This document shows, one piece after another, positions 24,008 to 31,147 of a stretch of DNA of 31,906 nucleotides. Each line of letters starts with the position of its first letter. Within the stretch, counting starts at the first letter, position 1. Below the pieces are notes generated by a model. It searched no databases, was not told where the DNA came from, and saw only the letters and a program-made list of their open reading frames with translations. The stretch is from a virus (Duplodnaviria; Caudoviricetes): positions 1 to 31,906 of IMG/VR virus record IMGVR_UViG_3300020533_000014; one strand, 5' to 3'. A program made the position numbers and the translations under genes.

Positions 24008-24409
24008 TTATAAACCTAAAAGAGACCAGCTGGGGCTTTCGCAATCAGCCCTCCGTACCTGCATGGTCTTCTTACTGCCAAGTTTCGCTATGGGCATAAT
24101 CATCCAAGACCCAAACGGCTCAAGCCATATAGCCATATGATCAATGTCATTTTTTTTATATACAGCCTTCTTAGATGTCCTATGGCTTACGTTTACCCTG
24201 CACCTGCTTGTAGACCTAGATCCAACCCTGTTTAACACTGTCATCCAGCTACTTTTGACCTGAACCTTGTAGATTCTACCCCTTGAAACAACCAGCCAAT
24301 CGTATGGCTGGGAGTCTCCAATAGGCTTACAGGGAACCCCGCCCCTCTTAAGAACCTCCAAGCAGAACATCTGTTCGGCCAGCTCGCCGAACTTCTTGCC
24401 CTCTTTCAC
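24008..24409 (-). CDS. Free-standing PD-(D/E)XK endonuclease (I-Ssp6803I-like homing family)
   Basis: GE-AE..F......G.....P-GD...YD..V......KVQVKS...Y....ID. Confidence 0.8.
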   Translation of the reverse strand: MKEGKKFGELAEQMFCLEVLKRGGVPCKPIGDSQPYDWLVVSRGRIYKVQVKSSWMTVLNRVGSRSTSRCRVNVSHRTSKKAVYKKNDIDHMAIWLEPFGSWMIMPIAKLGSKKTMQVRRADCESPSWSLLGL

Positions 24410-24676
24410 CTAGCAGTTCCAAGCCCTCAGCGATTTATTGATTCGTGAATCTGGATCTTTGGCTGTCGAGCTAGATGTCAGCTTTTTCTTCATGCCAAGC
24501 ATTCTGGCGCAAAAAGCCTTCCTTCTTTCTCTATCGCTGTCGGTCTTTGGATTGGGTGCTGGTGCCTTTAGATTGCCTCCCGTAGACCGATTGTAGCTAC
24601 GCCTGCCAGCCTCGTTAAGTCCACCAGATGGATCTTTCCCCTCCTTGCGCTGCCAAGCTGGGCTTTTATACGACAT
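24410..24676 (-). CDS. Conserved basic phage protein (DUF6321-like)
   Basis: AWQRKEGK-P-GGLN...RRK-FCARM-GMK-KLTS...DP-SRINKSLR-W-C. Confidence 0.75.
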   Translation of the reverse strand: MSYKSPAWQRKEGKDPSGGLNEAGRRSYNRSTGGNLKAPAPNPKTDSDRERRKAFCARMLGMKKKLTSSSTAKDPDSRINKSLRAWNC

Positions 24677-24953
24677 TTACTGCCGTCCCCTTACGCATAA
24701 CCGTCTTGGTGTCGTGGCTACCCCAAGCCTTTTCAAACACACGCCTTGGGGTCTTGATGAATCCACCCTTGGATTCGATAGCCTTGTACCCTGCCCTGAT
24801 CTTGTTTGCGGTAATTGTGGGATCATAGGCAGTCCCGATAAAAGCAATGCTGGAAGGTACGGTAACCCTGTTGGGGAACTTGTCCCTGTCTTCCACTGGA
24901 AGAACTCTGATGGTCTTAGACCCGTCAGCCTCACGATACTCGTATGCTGGCAT
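24666..24953 (-). CDS. FmdB-like small protein lacking the zinc-ribbon cysteines
   Basis: MP-YEY N-terminus and F-G motif; no CxxC. Confidence 0.55.
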   Translation of the reverse strand: MPAYEYREADGSKTIRVLPVEDRDKFPNRVTVPSSIAFIGTAYDPTITANKIRAGYKAIESKGGFIKTPRRVFEKAWGSHDTKTVMRKGTAVNVV

Positions 24954-24959
24954 GCCATC

Positions 24960-24988
24960 TGTTTAGCAGTTATAGCTAATCCTGTAAA
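24960..24988 (-). promoter_or_regulatory. Promoter just after the capsid terminator, probably leaderless
   Basis: TTTACA-N17-TAAACA-N6-ATG(24953). Confidence 0.55.
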
Positions 24989-25018
24989 TAGAAAACCCCC
25001 CATTGCTGGGGGGTTCTC
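24986..25018 (-). terminator. Intrinsic terminator after the major capsid gene
   Basis: AACCCCCCA-GCAA-TGGGGGGTT stem with a GNRA loop, followed by TTCTATTT. Confidence 0.85.
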
Positions 25019-25063
25019 TAGACTTGCGGGGACGTACCCCAAGTCACGACTCTAGTTAAAGAG

Positions 25064-26116
25064 TTACGAGCTGATCGTGCGAGTTCTGCTCTTAAGAACA
25101 CGAGCCTTCTTGGCGTTCAAGATTTGAACAGCCCAATGCGCTTTCCATCCAGCATAGATATTCTGGTTGAGAATATCAGATTTATCGGGTTTATCCACGA
25201 TAACAACGGAAGGAGCGTAAGGGGACTGGCCACCGTAGTTGACCGTACCAAAGGCACCATTCGTAAGAACATATGTCGAGACCGTGTGTCCAGATGAAGA
25301 ATAAGTTCCTTCAGTGGATTCTTTCCAAGCATTCGTGTGCTGTTGTACATTCACACCATAGATTTGACCGAGCTGGCCTTTGACAATGTCAGAGACACCA
25401 GTTTTGGTATTGTATTGTGCGATGTTAACAACGGTAGAATCCTTGAGCAGATCACCAGCGACAGTCGGATCAACGATAGCGTTAAACTCTTCGTTTAAGC
25501 TGACATTCTTATCCAAGCGGATGAGCGTAGCTGCATCCAAAAGGTCGGAAGGGGTCAGGTAAACAGGGGTAGAGCCTGCACCAGCGGTTGCAAGTGTAGC
25601 GAAATCAGTCGCTGCACCAGCATAGATCTTGCTGACGGTATTGCCGTAGATGTCCTGAGTGCGGGCTGCTGCGATAGTATTTGCGATACCAGCAGCTGCG
25701 GTCACACCCTGAAGGGCATTACGAACAACGGTGTCCAAGTGGAGAGACGCATCAAGCGTCAAGGCACGGATACCTTCCTGCAGGGCTGAGAACAGCTGGC
25801 TGTAGTTAAGGATATCTGTGACCTTGAGTGCTTCACCGACTTGCGTAAGGGGAACATTGATCTTACGGAGTCCAACTTCACGATAAGATGAAATCGGGGT
25901 TCCTTCGGTCAGATTGCTCACATTAGTGCCATCGGCTGTGGTATTCCACTGGAACATGGTGATGCTGTTGTTCCCAGTGTTGGAGGGCAGGTCATACTTC
26001 GTTCCGTAATTGTTCAGAACGAGCGTTTCAGCAACGCCGTCCAGAAGTTTTTTGGAGAACAAAGCCTGAAACTGATCCCCCAACGAAGCTGGGTTACCTT
26101 GAGTCATCATAGCCAT
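25064..26116 (-). CDS. Major capsid protein (N4-gp56-like family)
   Basis: 350 aa after the scaffold; LP-N-G..I-, LTEG-P, G-LG-IYGV and DKSD-LNQ...GWK motifs; followed by a terminator. Confidence 0.9.
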   Translation of the reverse strand: MAMMTQGNPASLGDQFQALFSKKLLDGVAETLVLNNYGTKYDLPSNTGNNSITMFQWNTTADGTNVSNLTEGTPISSYREVGLRKINVPLTQVGEALKVTDILNYSQLFSALQEGIRALTLDASLHLDTVVRNALQGVTAAAGIANTIAAARTQDIYGNTVSKIYAGAATDFATLATAGAGSTPVYLTPSDLLDAATLIRLDKNVSLNEEFNAIVDPTVAGDLLKDSTVVNIAQYNTKTGVSDIVKGQLGQIYGVNVQQHTNAWKESTEGTYSSSGHTVSTYVLTNGAFGTVNYGGQSPYAPSVVIVDKPDKSDILNQNIYAGWKAHWAVQILNAKKARVLKSRTRTISS

Positions 26117-26140
26117 ATTGTTTTACCTCAATAGAACTGA

Positions 26141-27109
26141 TTAGAAGCCGTCAGCTTGCATCGCCAAGTTCCTGACATAAGACTCAGCTTCCGCTGTACT
26201 CATATCAGTAATCTTCTTGTCGCCCATAGGCGCAGAAGGATTGGAAGATCCAAGTGACATTCTTCCTTTCAGTTTTTGATTTTCGGCCTTTAACCGCTCG
26301 TTCTCTTTCACAACATCCGCAGCAGACTCCCCAGCGAGTTGCAGCTTTGCCAGCGCATTGGCAAGGACAAGACCGTCTGGATGACGGTTCAAGAAGTCCT
26401 TCACCATTGGATCTTGATGTCCCATATAGGACATAGTGGTCTGATATAGATCAGAAGACTTATCCGTTAGGTCTGGGTTCTCTTTTACAAGACTGTCCCA
26501 GTTCTGGCGTACACGACTCTCGAATTTAGCTTGCTGATCGGCTTGGATACGAGACCTGCGAAGGTCATCCTCCTCGATAGTATTTGCTTTTTTGCGAGCT
26601 TCGGCAGCTAGATCATCACGACCTTCGTCCTCCCAGTCCTTAGCGTACTGACGGAGTTCTTCTGGTGTGTAGGCTTCACGGGAATTACGAGGAGGAGCAG
26701 CTCTAAGTTGCTCAACCTCCTGTTCCAGTTTTGCCCGTTGCTCCGCAAACTCCTTCTGCTTTTGATTGAACTGCTCCCAGAGATTGCCGAGACGATCTCG
26801 GCTTTTCTGGCGTTCTTCACCAACATCAAGGCTTTTGATTTCCTTGGTGATTGGATCTTCGCTTGCAGAATCTGTTGCGGATGCTGTGCGACGAGTGGCT
26901 TTTTCAGCCGTTTCCTTCTGACCCGCAGACGGGAGTCCGTCTGTTTTACGGGGAGCTTGTGCTTCGACCTTGGGTTCGGAAAAGCCATCGACCTGTGCTG
27001 CTAGTTTTCCGAGTTCCTGTAACTCAGCATCAATACTCTTACCTGCCCCGCTCGTTTCACCCGATTGAGGTGTCGTTGCTGGTTCGGTTAATACTGCTTC
27101 ATTGGACAT
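26141..27109 (-). CDS. Capsid scaffolding protein
   Basis: Acidic coiled-coil protein directly upstream of the capsid gene; AGAAAGGA Shine-Dalgarno. Confidence 0.8.
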   Translation of the reverse strand: MSNEAVLTEPATTPQSGETSGAGKSIDAELQELGKLAAQVDGFSEPKVEAQAPRKTDGLPSAGQKETAEKATRRTASATDSASEDPITKEIKSLDVGEERQKSRDRLGNLWEQFNQKQKEFAEQRAKLEQEVEQLRAAPPRNSREAYTPEELRQYAKDWEDEGRDDLAAEARKKANTIEEDDLRRSRIQADQQAKFESRVRQNWDSLVKENPDLTDKSSDLYQTTMSYMGHQDPMVKDFLNRHPDGLVLANALAKLQLAGESAADVVKENERLKAENQKLKGRMSLGSSNPSAPMGDKKITDMSTAEAESYVRNLAMQADGF

Positions 27110-27134
27110 AACGGAGTCCTTTCTTTCCCGAAGT

Positions 27135-27479
27135 TTAGGGGACTAAATGACCGAGATCTGCCATGTCCCCTTCGCTGGCAGGCTCGGAATCTTTACTTAG
27201 ATCACTGGCACCTAGATAGTCTAGGTAACTGACCATCTCTCGACAGCCAATCGACTTACCAGCCTCAAACGGATTGCCACCAGCCATGCAGGCTCGGGCA
27301 TCCCGAAGAGCGCAGTATCCAAGCAAAAGTATTTTCAGTCTTGCACCAGACCGAGAGTTTAGAAATTGAACAAGTGCGGTACGATCTTCATCGATCCACT
27401 TCGCTTGCGATGAATTAGAAAAAGAAAAGACACGCCAAGCTGCGGAAAAAGCCCTGATGAATTTGTATAGTGTCGCCAC
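27135..27479 (-). CDS. Small head-module protein (Bbp19-like)
   Basis: FL-S-SG-RL...F-AG...G-RE pattern; located upstream of the scaffold. Confidence 0.55.
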   Translation of the reverse strand: MATLYKFIRAFSAAWRVFSFSNSSQAKWIDEDRTALVQFLNSRSGARLKILLLGYCALRDARACMAGGNPFEAGKSIGCREMVSYLDYLGASDLSKDSEPASEGDMADLGHLVP

Positions 27480-27488
27480 TTGTGGAAA

Positions 27489-27516
27489 GTGCTACAGCTC
27501 AACTGGCTACTGTCAA
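27489..27516 (-). promoter_or_regulatory. Putative promoter for head genes
   Basis: TTGACA-N16-TAGCAC-N9-GTG(27479); the -10 box is imperfect. Confidence 0.4.
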
Positions 27517-27530
27517 CTGCTAAACAGTTA

Positions 27531-28055
27531 TTATTTTTGGCGGGGTATCAGCCCTGCTTTTATCTTAGTTTTCTTTTGGGTCTTCTGTACGACTGGCTCC
27601 TGCTTTGGCTCGTTACGCTCTAGCCTTGCCAGATCTCTCCAGTCCTTGAAGTACCCGTCCTGCAGATGAGGACGTTCCCATGTAAGTGCCTGCAGGTTAT
27701 AGAGTTTCCCGTTCTCAATCCCCATGCCGTACTTATGGATGTTTCCCCAGTCTGCCTCGTATCCGTCCTCTTTAACTTTTAATACGGGCACCCAGTCAAT
27801 CGCCCTTCCGTAACAATGAAAGCTCTGGGGTACAGGCAAGCCCATCGCATTTGTGACGATGCGCCCAGCCTTTGTCCTACCCTGCTCGTATAGATCCTGC
27901 TGCTCCTGTGGTGTCCTGTGACCGCAGTAAACATACGGAATCACACCGCCCGCAATAACCGCATCCCTCCATGCAGCCACCCGAGCTGCGAAGGTAGGCT
28001 CTAATCCCTTGAGGATATCCTGATATATGGACTCTATCTTCGCACGGGTGATCAT
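27531..28055 (-). CDS. Endolysin, M15 family (L-Ala-D-Glu) peptidase
   Basis: G-RT..EQ..LY-QGRT..G-IVTNA...S-H-YG-A-D...W..E-PHLQ. Confidence 0.9.
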   Translation of the reverse strand: MITRAKIESIYQDILKGLEPTFAARVAAWRDAVIAGGVIPYVYCGHRTPQEQQDLYEQGRTKAGRIVTNAMGLPVPQSFHCYGRAIDWVPVLKVKEDGYEADWGNIHKYGMGIENGKLYNLQALTWERPHLQDGYFKDWRDLARLERNEPKQEPVVQKTQKKTKIKAGLIPRQK

Positions 28056-28285
28056 TTGTTTCGCTCGAGTTCGAGCTGGTATTGAAGCTCATTGATTGTT
28101 GAGAGTGCATCTCTTGCCCATCCTTTCACATCCTCCCCACCATTCATCACAGCCTTAAACCGATAGTCGGTTGTAAGGAAAGTTATTGTGTCTGGAGGGA
28201 GATATCTCGCACCTGTACTAGCGCACCCACCAAGGGATACCGCTAGTGCCAGTGAAAGTACGATTGATTCTATCCTGATTCTCAT
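28052..28285 (-). CDS. Lipoprotein, putative o-spanin
   Basis: Basic N-terminus, hydrophobic core, lipobox LGGC; overlaps the upstream gene in another frame. Confidence 0.65.
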   Translation of the reverse strand: MRIRIESIVLSLALAVSLGGCASTGARYLPPDTITFLTTDYRFKAVMNGGEDVKGWARDALSTINELQYQLELERNK

Positions 28286-28379
28286 CCCTCTTTTTCTTGG
28301 ATGCCGAATCTACTTGCTCCCTTGGTGTCGGCATTAGCCTCAAGACGAGGTCAATGACGGCTCCAATAAGACGAATCAC
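28218..28379 (-). CDS. Putative i-spanin (53 aa, not in ORF track)
   Basis: MIRLIGAVIDLVLRLMPTPREQ...GIPWWVR; GTGA overlap with the holin; 68-nt overlap with the lipoprotein gene (Rz/Rz1-like layout). Confidence 0.5.
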   Translation of the reverse strand: MIRLIGAVIDLVLRLMPTPREQVDSASKKKRDENQDRINRTFTGTSGIPWWVR

Positions 28380-28543
28380 TTGTCGTTGATATGAAGGCCG
28401 AGTGTTTTAAGGACGGCAACGATCTTGTCTAGAACGCCATCATCCGCAGGGGTTGGTGTCAGCTTAACAATAATGCGAGCCAGCACGATTACAGCCCCAA
28501 CCACAGCCATGATATTTGCGAAGTTTTCGGTAATCCAGTTCAT
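28376..28543 (-). CDS. Putative holin (55 aa, not in ORF track)
   Basis: MNWITENFANIMAVVGAVIVLARIIVKLTPTPADDGVLDKIVAVLKTLGLHINDK; TM helix plus TPTP-DD motif; first gene of the lysis cluster. Confidence 0.7.
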   Translation of the reverse strand: MNWITENFANIMAVVGAVIVLARIIVKLTPTPADDGVLDKIVAVLKTLGLHINDK

Positions 28544-28549
28544 GTAGGT

Positions 28550-28577
28550 AATGTAAGACTGGTCGGGGGCGAGTCAA
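28550..28577 (-). promoter_or_regulatory. Lysis-cassette promoter, probably leaderless
   Basis: TTGACT-N16-TACATT-N6-ATG(28543). Confidence 0.62.
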
Positions 28578-28580
28578 CTA

Positions 28581-28838
28581 CTATCGGATGCTTTGCAGAT
28601 ATCTGAGCGCAATAGCCATATGAATGACTGCCCCAGTTATGTCTGACTTGGCGTAACCGCTTTTCACTAGGATCGTCCGAATGCGTTCATAGGCAATGGC
28701 ATGCTTGGTTCCACCGTAGTACTCGGTGTCATCCTGCTGCTCGATTTGCATGGATGCCAGCTTGCAAGCCTCGAGAAAGATATTTCTGTCGTGCTGTGGT
28801 AGGAAGAACCAGATTGCAGCTTTAACTAGCCAATTCAT
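28581..28838 (-). CDS. Hypothetical protein (85 aa)
   Basis: ATG at 28838 overlaps the upstream TGA; MNWLVKAA... Confidence 0.65.
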   Translation of the reverse strand: MNWLVKAAIWFFLPQHDRNIFLEACKLASMQIEQQDDTEYYGGTKHAIAYERIRTILVKSGYAKSDITGAVIHMAIALRYLQSIR

Positions 28839-29008
28839 TTTTTCCACCAATCAGCTGTATCTTTTGCCATAGCTTTAATTACCTTCTGAGCTTCCTCCAC
28901 ACTTGTCGTTAGACACACAGAAGGCTTTCCGTCGATATACCCAAGAGAGATAAAGCCTTCGTCTAGGAGGTATTGGAGGGCTTGGATTGCTTGATCGTCG
29001 GTGCTCAT
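28835..29008 (-). CDS. Hypothetical protein (57 aa, not in ORF track)
   Basis: MSTDDQAIQALQYLLDEGFISLGYIDG...ADWWKK; ATGA overlaps at both ends. Confidence 0.7.
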   Translation of the reverse strand: MSTDDQAIQALQYLLDEGFISLGYIDGKPSVCLTTSVEEAQKVIKAMAKDTADWWKK

Positions 29009-29127
29009 TTTGCGTTCATTGCATCGTGAGCCGCTGACATATCAGAATACCTAGGAAGCTGTGAGTCGCTTTCAGTTGGCTTTGGCGAGCATGAGCCTAG
29101 TAAGATAGTGAGCAGGAAGAGTGGCAT
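29005..29127 (-). CDS. Tiny putative lipoprotein (40 aa, not in ORF track)
   Basis: MPLFLLTILLGSCSPKPTESDSQLPRYSDMSAAHDAMNAK; lipobox LGSC; TAATG overlap with the fibre stop. Confidence 0.55.
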   Translation of the reverse strand: MPLFLLTILLGSCSPKPTESDSQLPRYSDMSAAHDAMNAK

Positions 29128-30440
29128 TATGTTTTTAGGGCAATTCGATACCTTGTGCCGTTGAGATAAATAATAAGGTCTTGATTGGCGATAGAACCAC
29201 CAGAGCTAGTCACTAGATTTGTCATTTCATTCCCCGATCCAATATTAGCTCCTATCGAAAGGGAGCCATTAACTGCGGGAGAGATTGTGTTCGCACCAAT
29301 CACAACGCAATTATTTCTAGATTGTGCATCAACATCGGACTGTGTTCCAAGTAGAGTGTTTCTACTTCCAGTAGTTATAGTAAATCCAGCATTTAGTCCT
29401 AGAGCAGAGTTTGAGTGTCCAGTAGTACAGTTATATAAAGAACCCTGCCCTAAACTACTATTATTATAACCAGTCGTGTTGCTATGTAATGCACTAATTC
29501 CCATAGCAACATTATTAACTCCCTCTGTATTGCTTTTGAGAGCATTCAGTCCAAAGGCTGTGTTGTTTTCTCCTGTGGTATTTGCCTCAAGTGCGCTTGA
29601 GCCTAAAGCCGTGTTGTTGCTTCCAGTCGTATTATTTCGCAGAGCATTTGTTCCAACTGCTGTGCTATTGCCACCAGTTGTACTTAAGTAAAGCGCACCT
29701 GCTCCCAAGGCCGTGTTGTTGCTTCCAGTTGTATTTTGTAAAAGAGAACCAGAGCCAACGGCGGTATTGGCATCTCCAGTACTGTTTTTTGATAGGGCAC
29801 TTTGCCCAAAGGCTGTGCCATTGCTACCTGTTGTATTTAAAAAAAGTGAATTAAATCCAACGGCTGTATTGGATTGTCCAGTTGTGTTTGCACTAAGTAC
29901 GCTACGACCAATGGCTACATTTGAACTCCCACTTGTGTTATTTTTTAGAGCTTCTGCTCCTATGGCGGTATTGTTGCTTCCCGTGTTATACATAAGAGTT
30001 TGTGTGCCTATGGCTGTGTTTGCACTTCCCGTTGTGCAGTTTTGTAGGGCGCTTGCTCCGATGGCCGTGTTAAAACTTGCACTTGTGTTTGATGCAAGGG
30101 CATCAGCTCCAACTGCTGTATTGCTGAACCCAGAAAGAGAGGCACTTGATAAAGCAGTTTCCCCAACTGCTATATTGTTTGTTCCAGTTCTTGCGTGTTG
30201 GTTGGGGCTTACCTCGGTGTATCCAGACCCATTCCATACATAAGTTTTTGCCGTATCTAAAGCGAGATAGAGTCTTTGAAGGTTTCCGCTTGCGGGAAAA
30301 GACGCTAGGTTGGCATAAGAAAGAAATATATCCAAAGCAGTCCTTTGGGCTTGGACACTACCCGCAGTCAGCAAAGCCCTTCCAGCGGTTGTAGAGTCTG
30401 ATATGCTAGAAGCCGTGAATGTATTTTTAGTTAGTGGCAT
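29127..30440 (-). CDS. Fibre/adhesin with beta-solenoid repeats
   Basis: N-terminal ISDSTTAGRALL and FPASG...Y.WNG phage fibre motifs, followed by NTAxG repeats. Confidence 0.8.
   Translation of the reverse strand: MPLTKNTFTASSISDSTTAGRALLTAGSVQAQRTALDIFLSYANLASFPASGNLQRLYLALDTAKTYVWNGSGYTEVSPNQHARTGTNNIAVGETALSSASLSGFSNTAVGADALASNTSASFNTAIGASALQNCTTGSANTAIGTQTLMYNTGSNNTAIGAEALKNNTSGSSNVAIGRSVLSANTTGQSNTAVGFNSLFLNTTGSNGTAFGQSALSKNSTGDANTAVGSGSLLQNTTGSNNTALGAGALYLSTTGGNSTAVGTNALRNNTTGSNNTALGSSALEANTTGENNTAFGLNALKSNTEGVNNVAMGISALHSNTTGYNNSSLGQGSLYNCTTGHSNSALGLNAGFTITTGSRNTLLGTQSDVDAQSRNNCVVIGANTISPAVNGSLSIGANIGSGNEMTNLVTSSGGSIANQDLIIYLNGTRYRIALKT
29330..30185 (-). repeat. About 16-17 tandem degenerate 17-aa (51-bp) coding repeats GxxNTAxGxxALxxNTT
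   Basis: Counted in the translation; GCCGTGTTGTTGCTTCCAGT recurs at about 29608 and 29710. Confidence 0.9.
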
Positions 30441-30450
30441 CTCTCGCTCC

Positions 30451-30903
30451 TTAGCTAACTTGCGTCACCCTAGCCGTTCCTGCCGTGGCGAATATGCCAC
30501 CCACTAAACCAGTGTATCCAAATGGAACCTCGTAATAATCACCAGCAGAAAGCCTAACTGTATATAGGCTCGAAGTTGTCGTGGATGTCCCAAGGGTTAC
30601 ATATAATAATCCAGCACCCTCATTAAAAATGGCGAGCCCCTTCCTGTTTGCGTTGCTCGCTGAAATTGTGGCGTATGATGTGCTATCAAAAGTAGTTGGC
30701 GTTGCGCCAGTAGTTGATGTTTCTCTTACTGCGACACCATCAGCCATGTCGGCCTTTATGATTGCAGTATCAGCAGAAAGCGTAGTTAGCAAACCATTAG
30801 CCGTGTCGAGCTTACTCTCCACCTGATCGGTATTGAGATTAAGCGTATCGGCATCTACCGATATATTTTTGATTGCATCGAAAAACTCTTGATTGCTGGG
30901 CAT
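30451..30903 (-). CDS. Putative structural protein
   Basis: Coiled-coil N-terminus plus small beta domain N-NRKG..IFN-G...LY..LG...L..G-YYE. Confidence 0.6.
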   Translation of the reverse strand: MPSNQEFFDAIKNISVDADTLNLNTDQVESKLDTANGLLTTLSADTAIIKADMADGVAVRETSTTGATPTTFDSTSYATISASNANRKGLAIFNEGAGLLYVTLGTSTTTSSLYTVRLSAGDYYEVPFGYTGLVGGIFATAGTARVTQVS

Positions 30904-30907
30904 GGTA

Positions 30908-31147
30908 TTATCCTTTGTTAAAGAACTTGGTCTTGATTAACTCCCAAGATATGGAGACAGCCGTGCCGACAATGGCAGCTGCTAGGTAGAAATGTCCTTT
31001 AAGTTTCTCGAGTGCCGTCACCCGATTCACAAGATCCCCGTAGTTAGAGAGGCTCCGCTCAAGCATGGAACATAGGCTGACCTGACGCTCTTCCATTCTT
31101 GCGAGCCTTTCCCTGATATCCGACATGTCAACGTCTACGATATTCAC
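30908..31147 (-). CDS. Coiled-coil protein with C-terminal transmembrane helix (XhlA/holin-like)
   Basis: ERLARMEE...RVTALEK then a hydrophobic helix; ATGA overlap with the portal stop. Confidence 0.55.
   Translation of the reverse strand: MNIVDVDMSDIRERLARMEERQVSLCSMLERSLSNYGDLVNRVTALEKLKGHFYLAAAIVGTAVSISWELIKTKFFNKG

Noticed and set aside
24008-24409. Group I intron around the endonuclease
   Set aside because: The flanking genes are intact, with 0 and 46 nt of spacer, too little for a ribozyme.
29330-30185. CRISPR array or DGR template/variable repeat
   Set aside because: The repeats are degenerate in-frame coding units without unique spacers; no adenine-specific TR/VR pair and no reverse transcriptase in the window.
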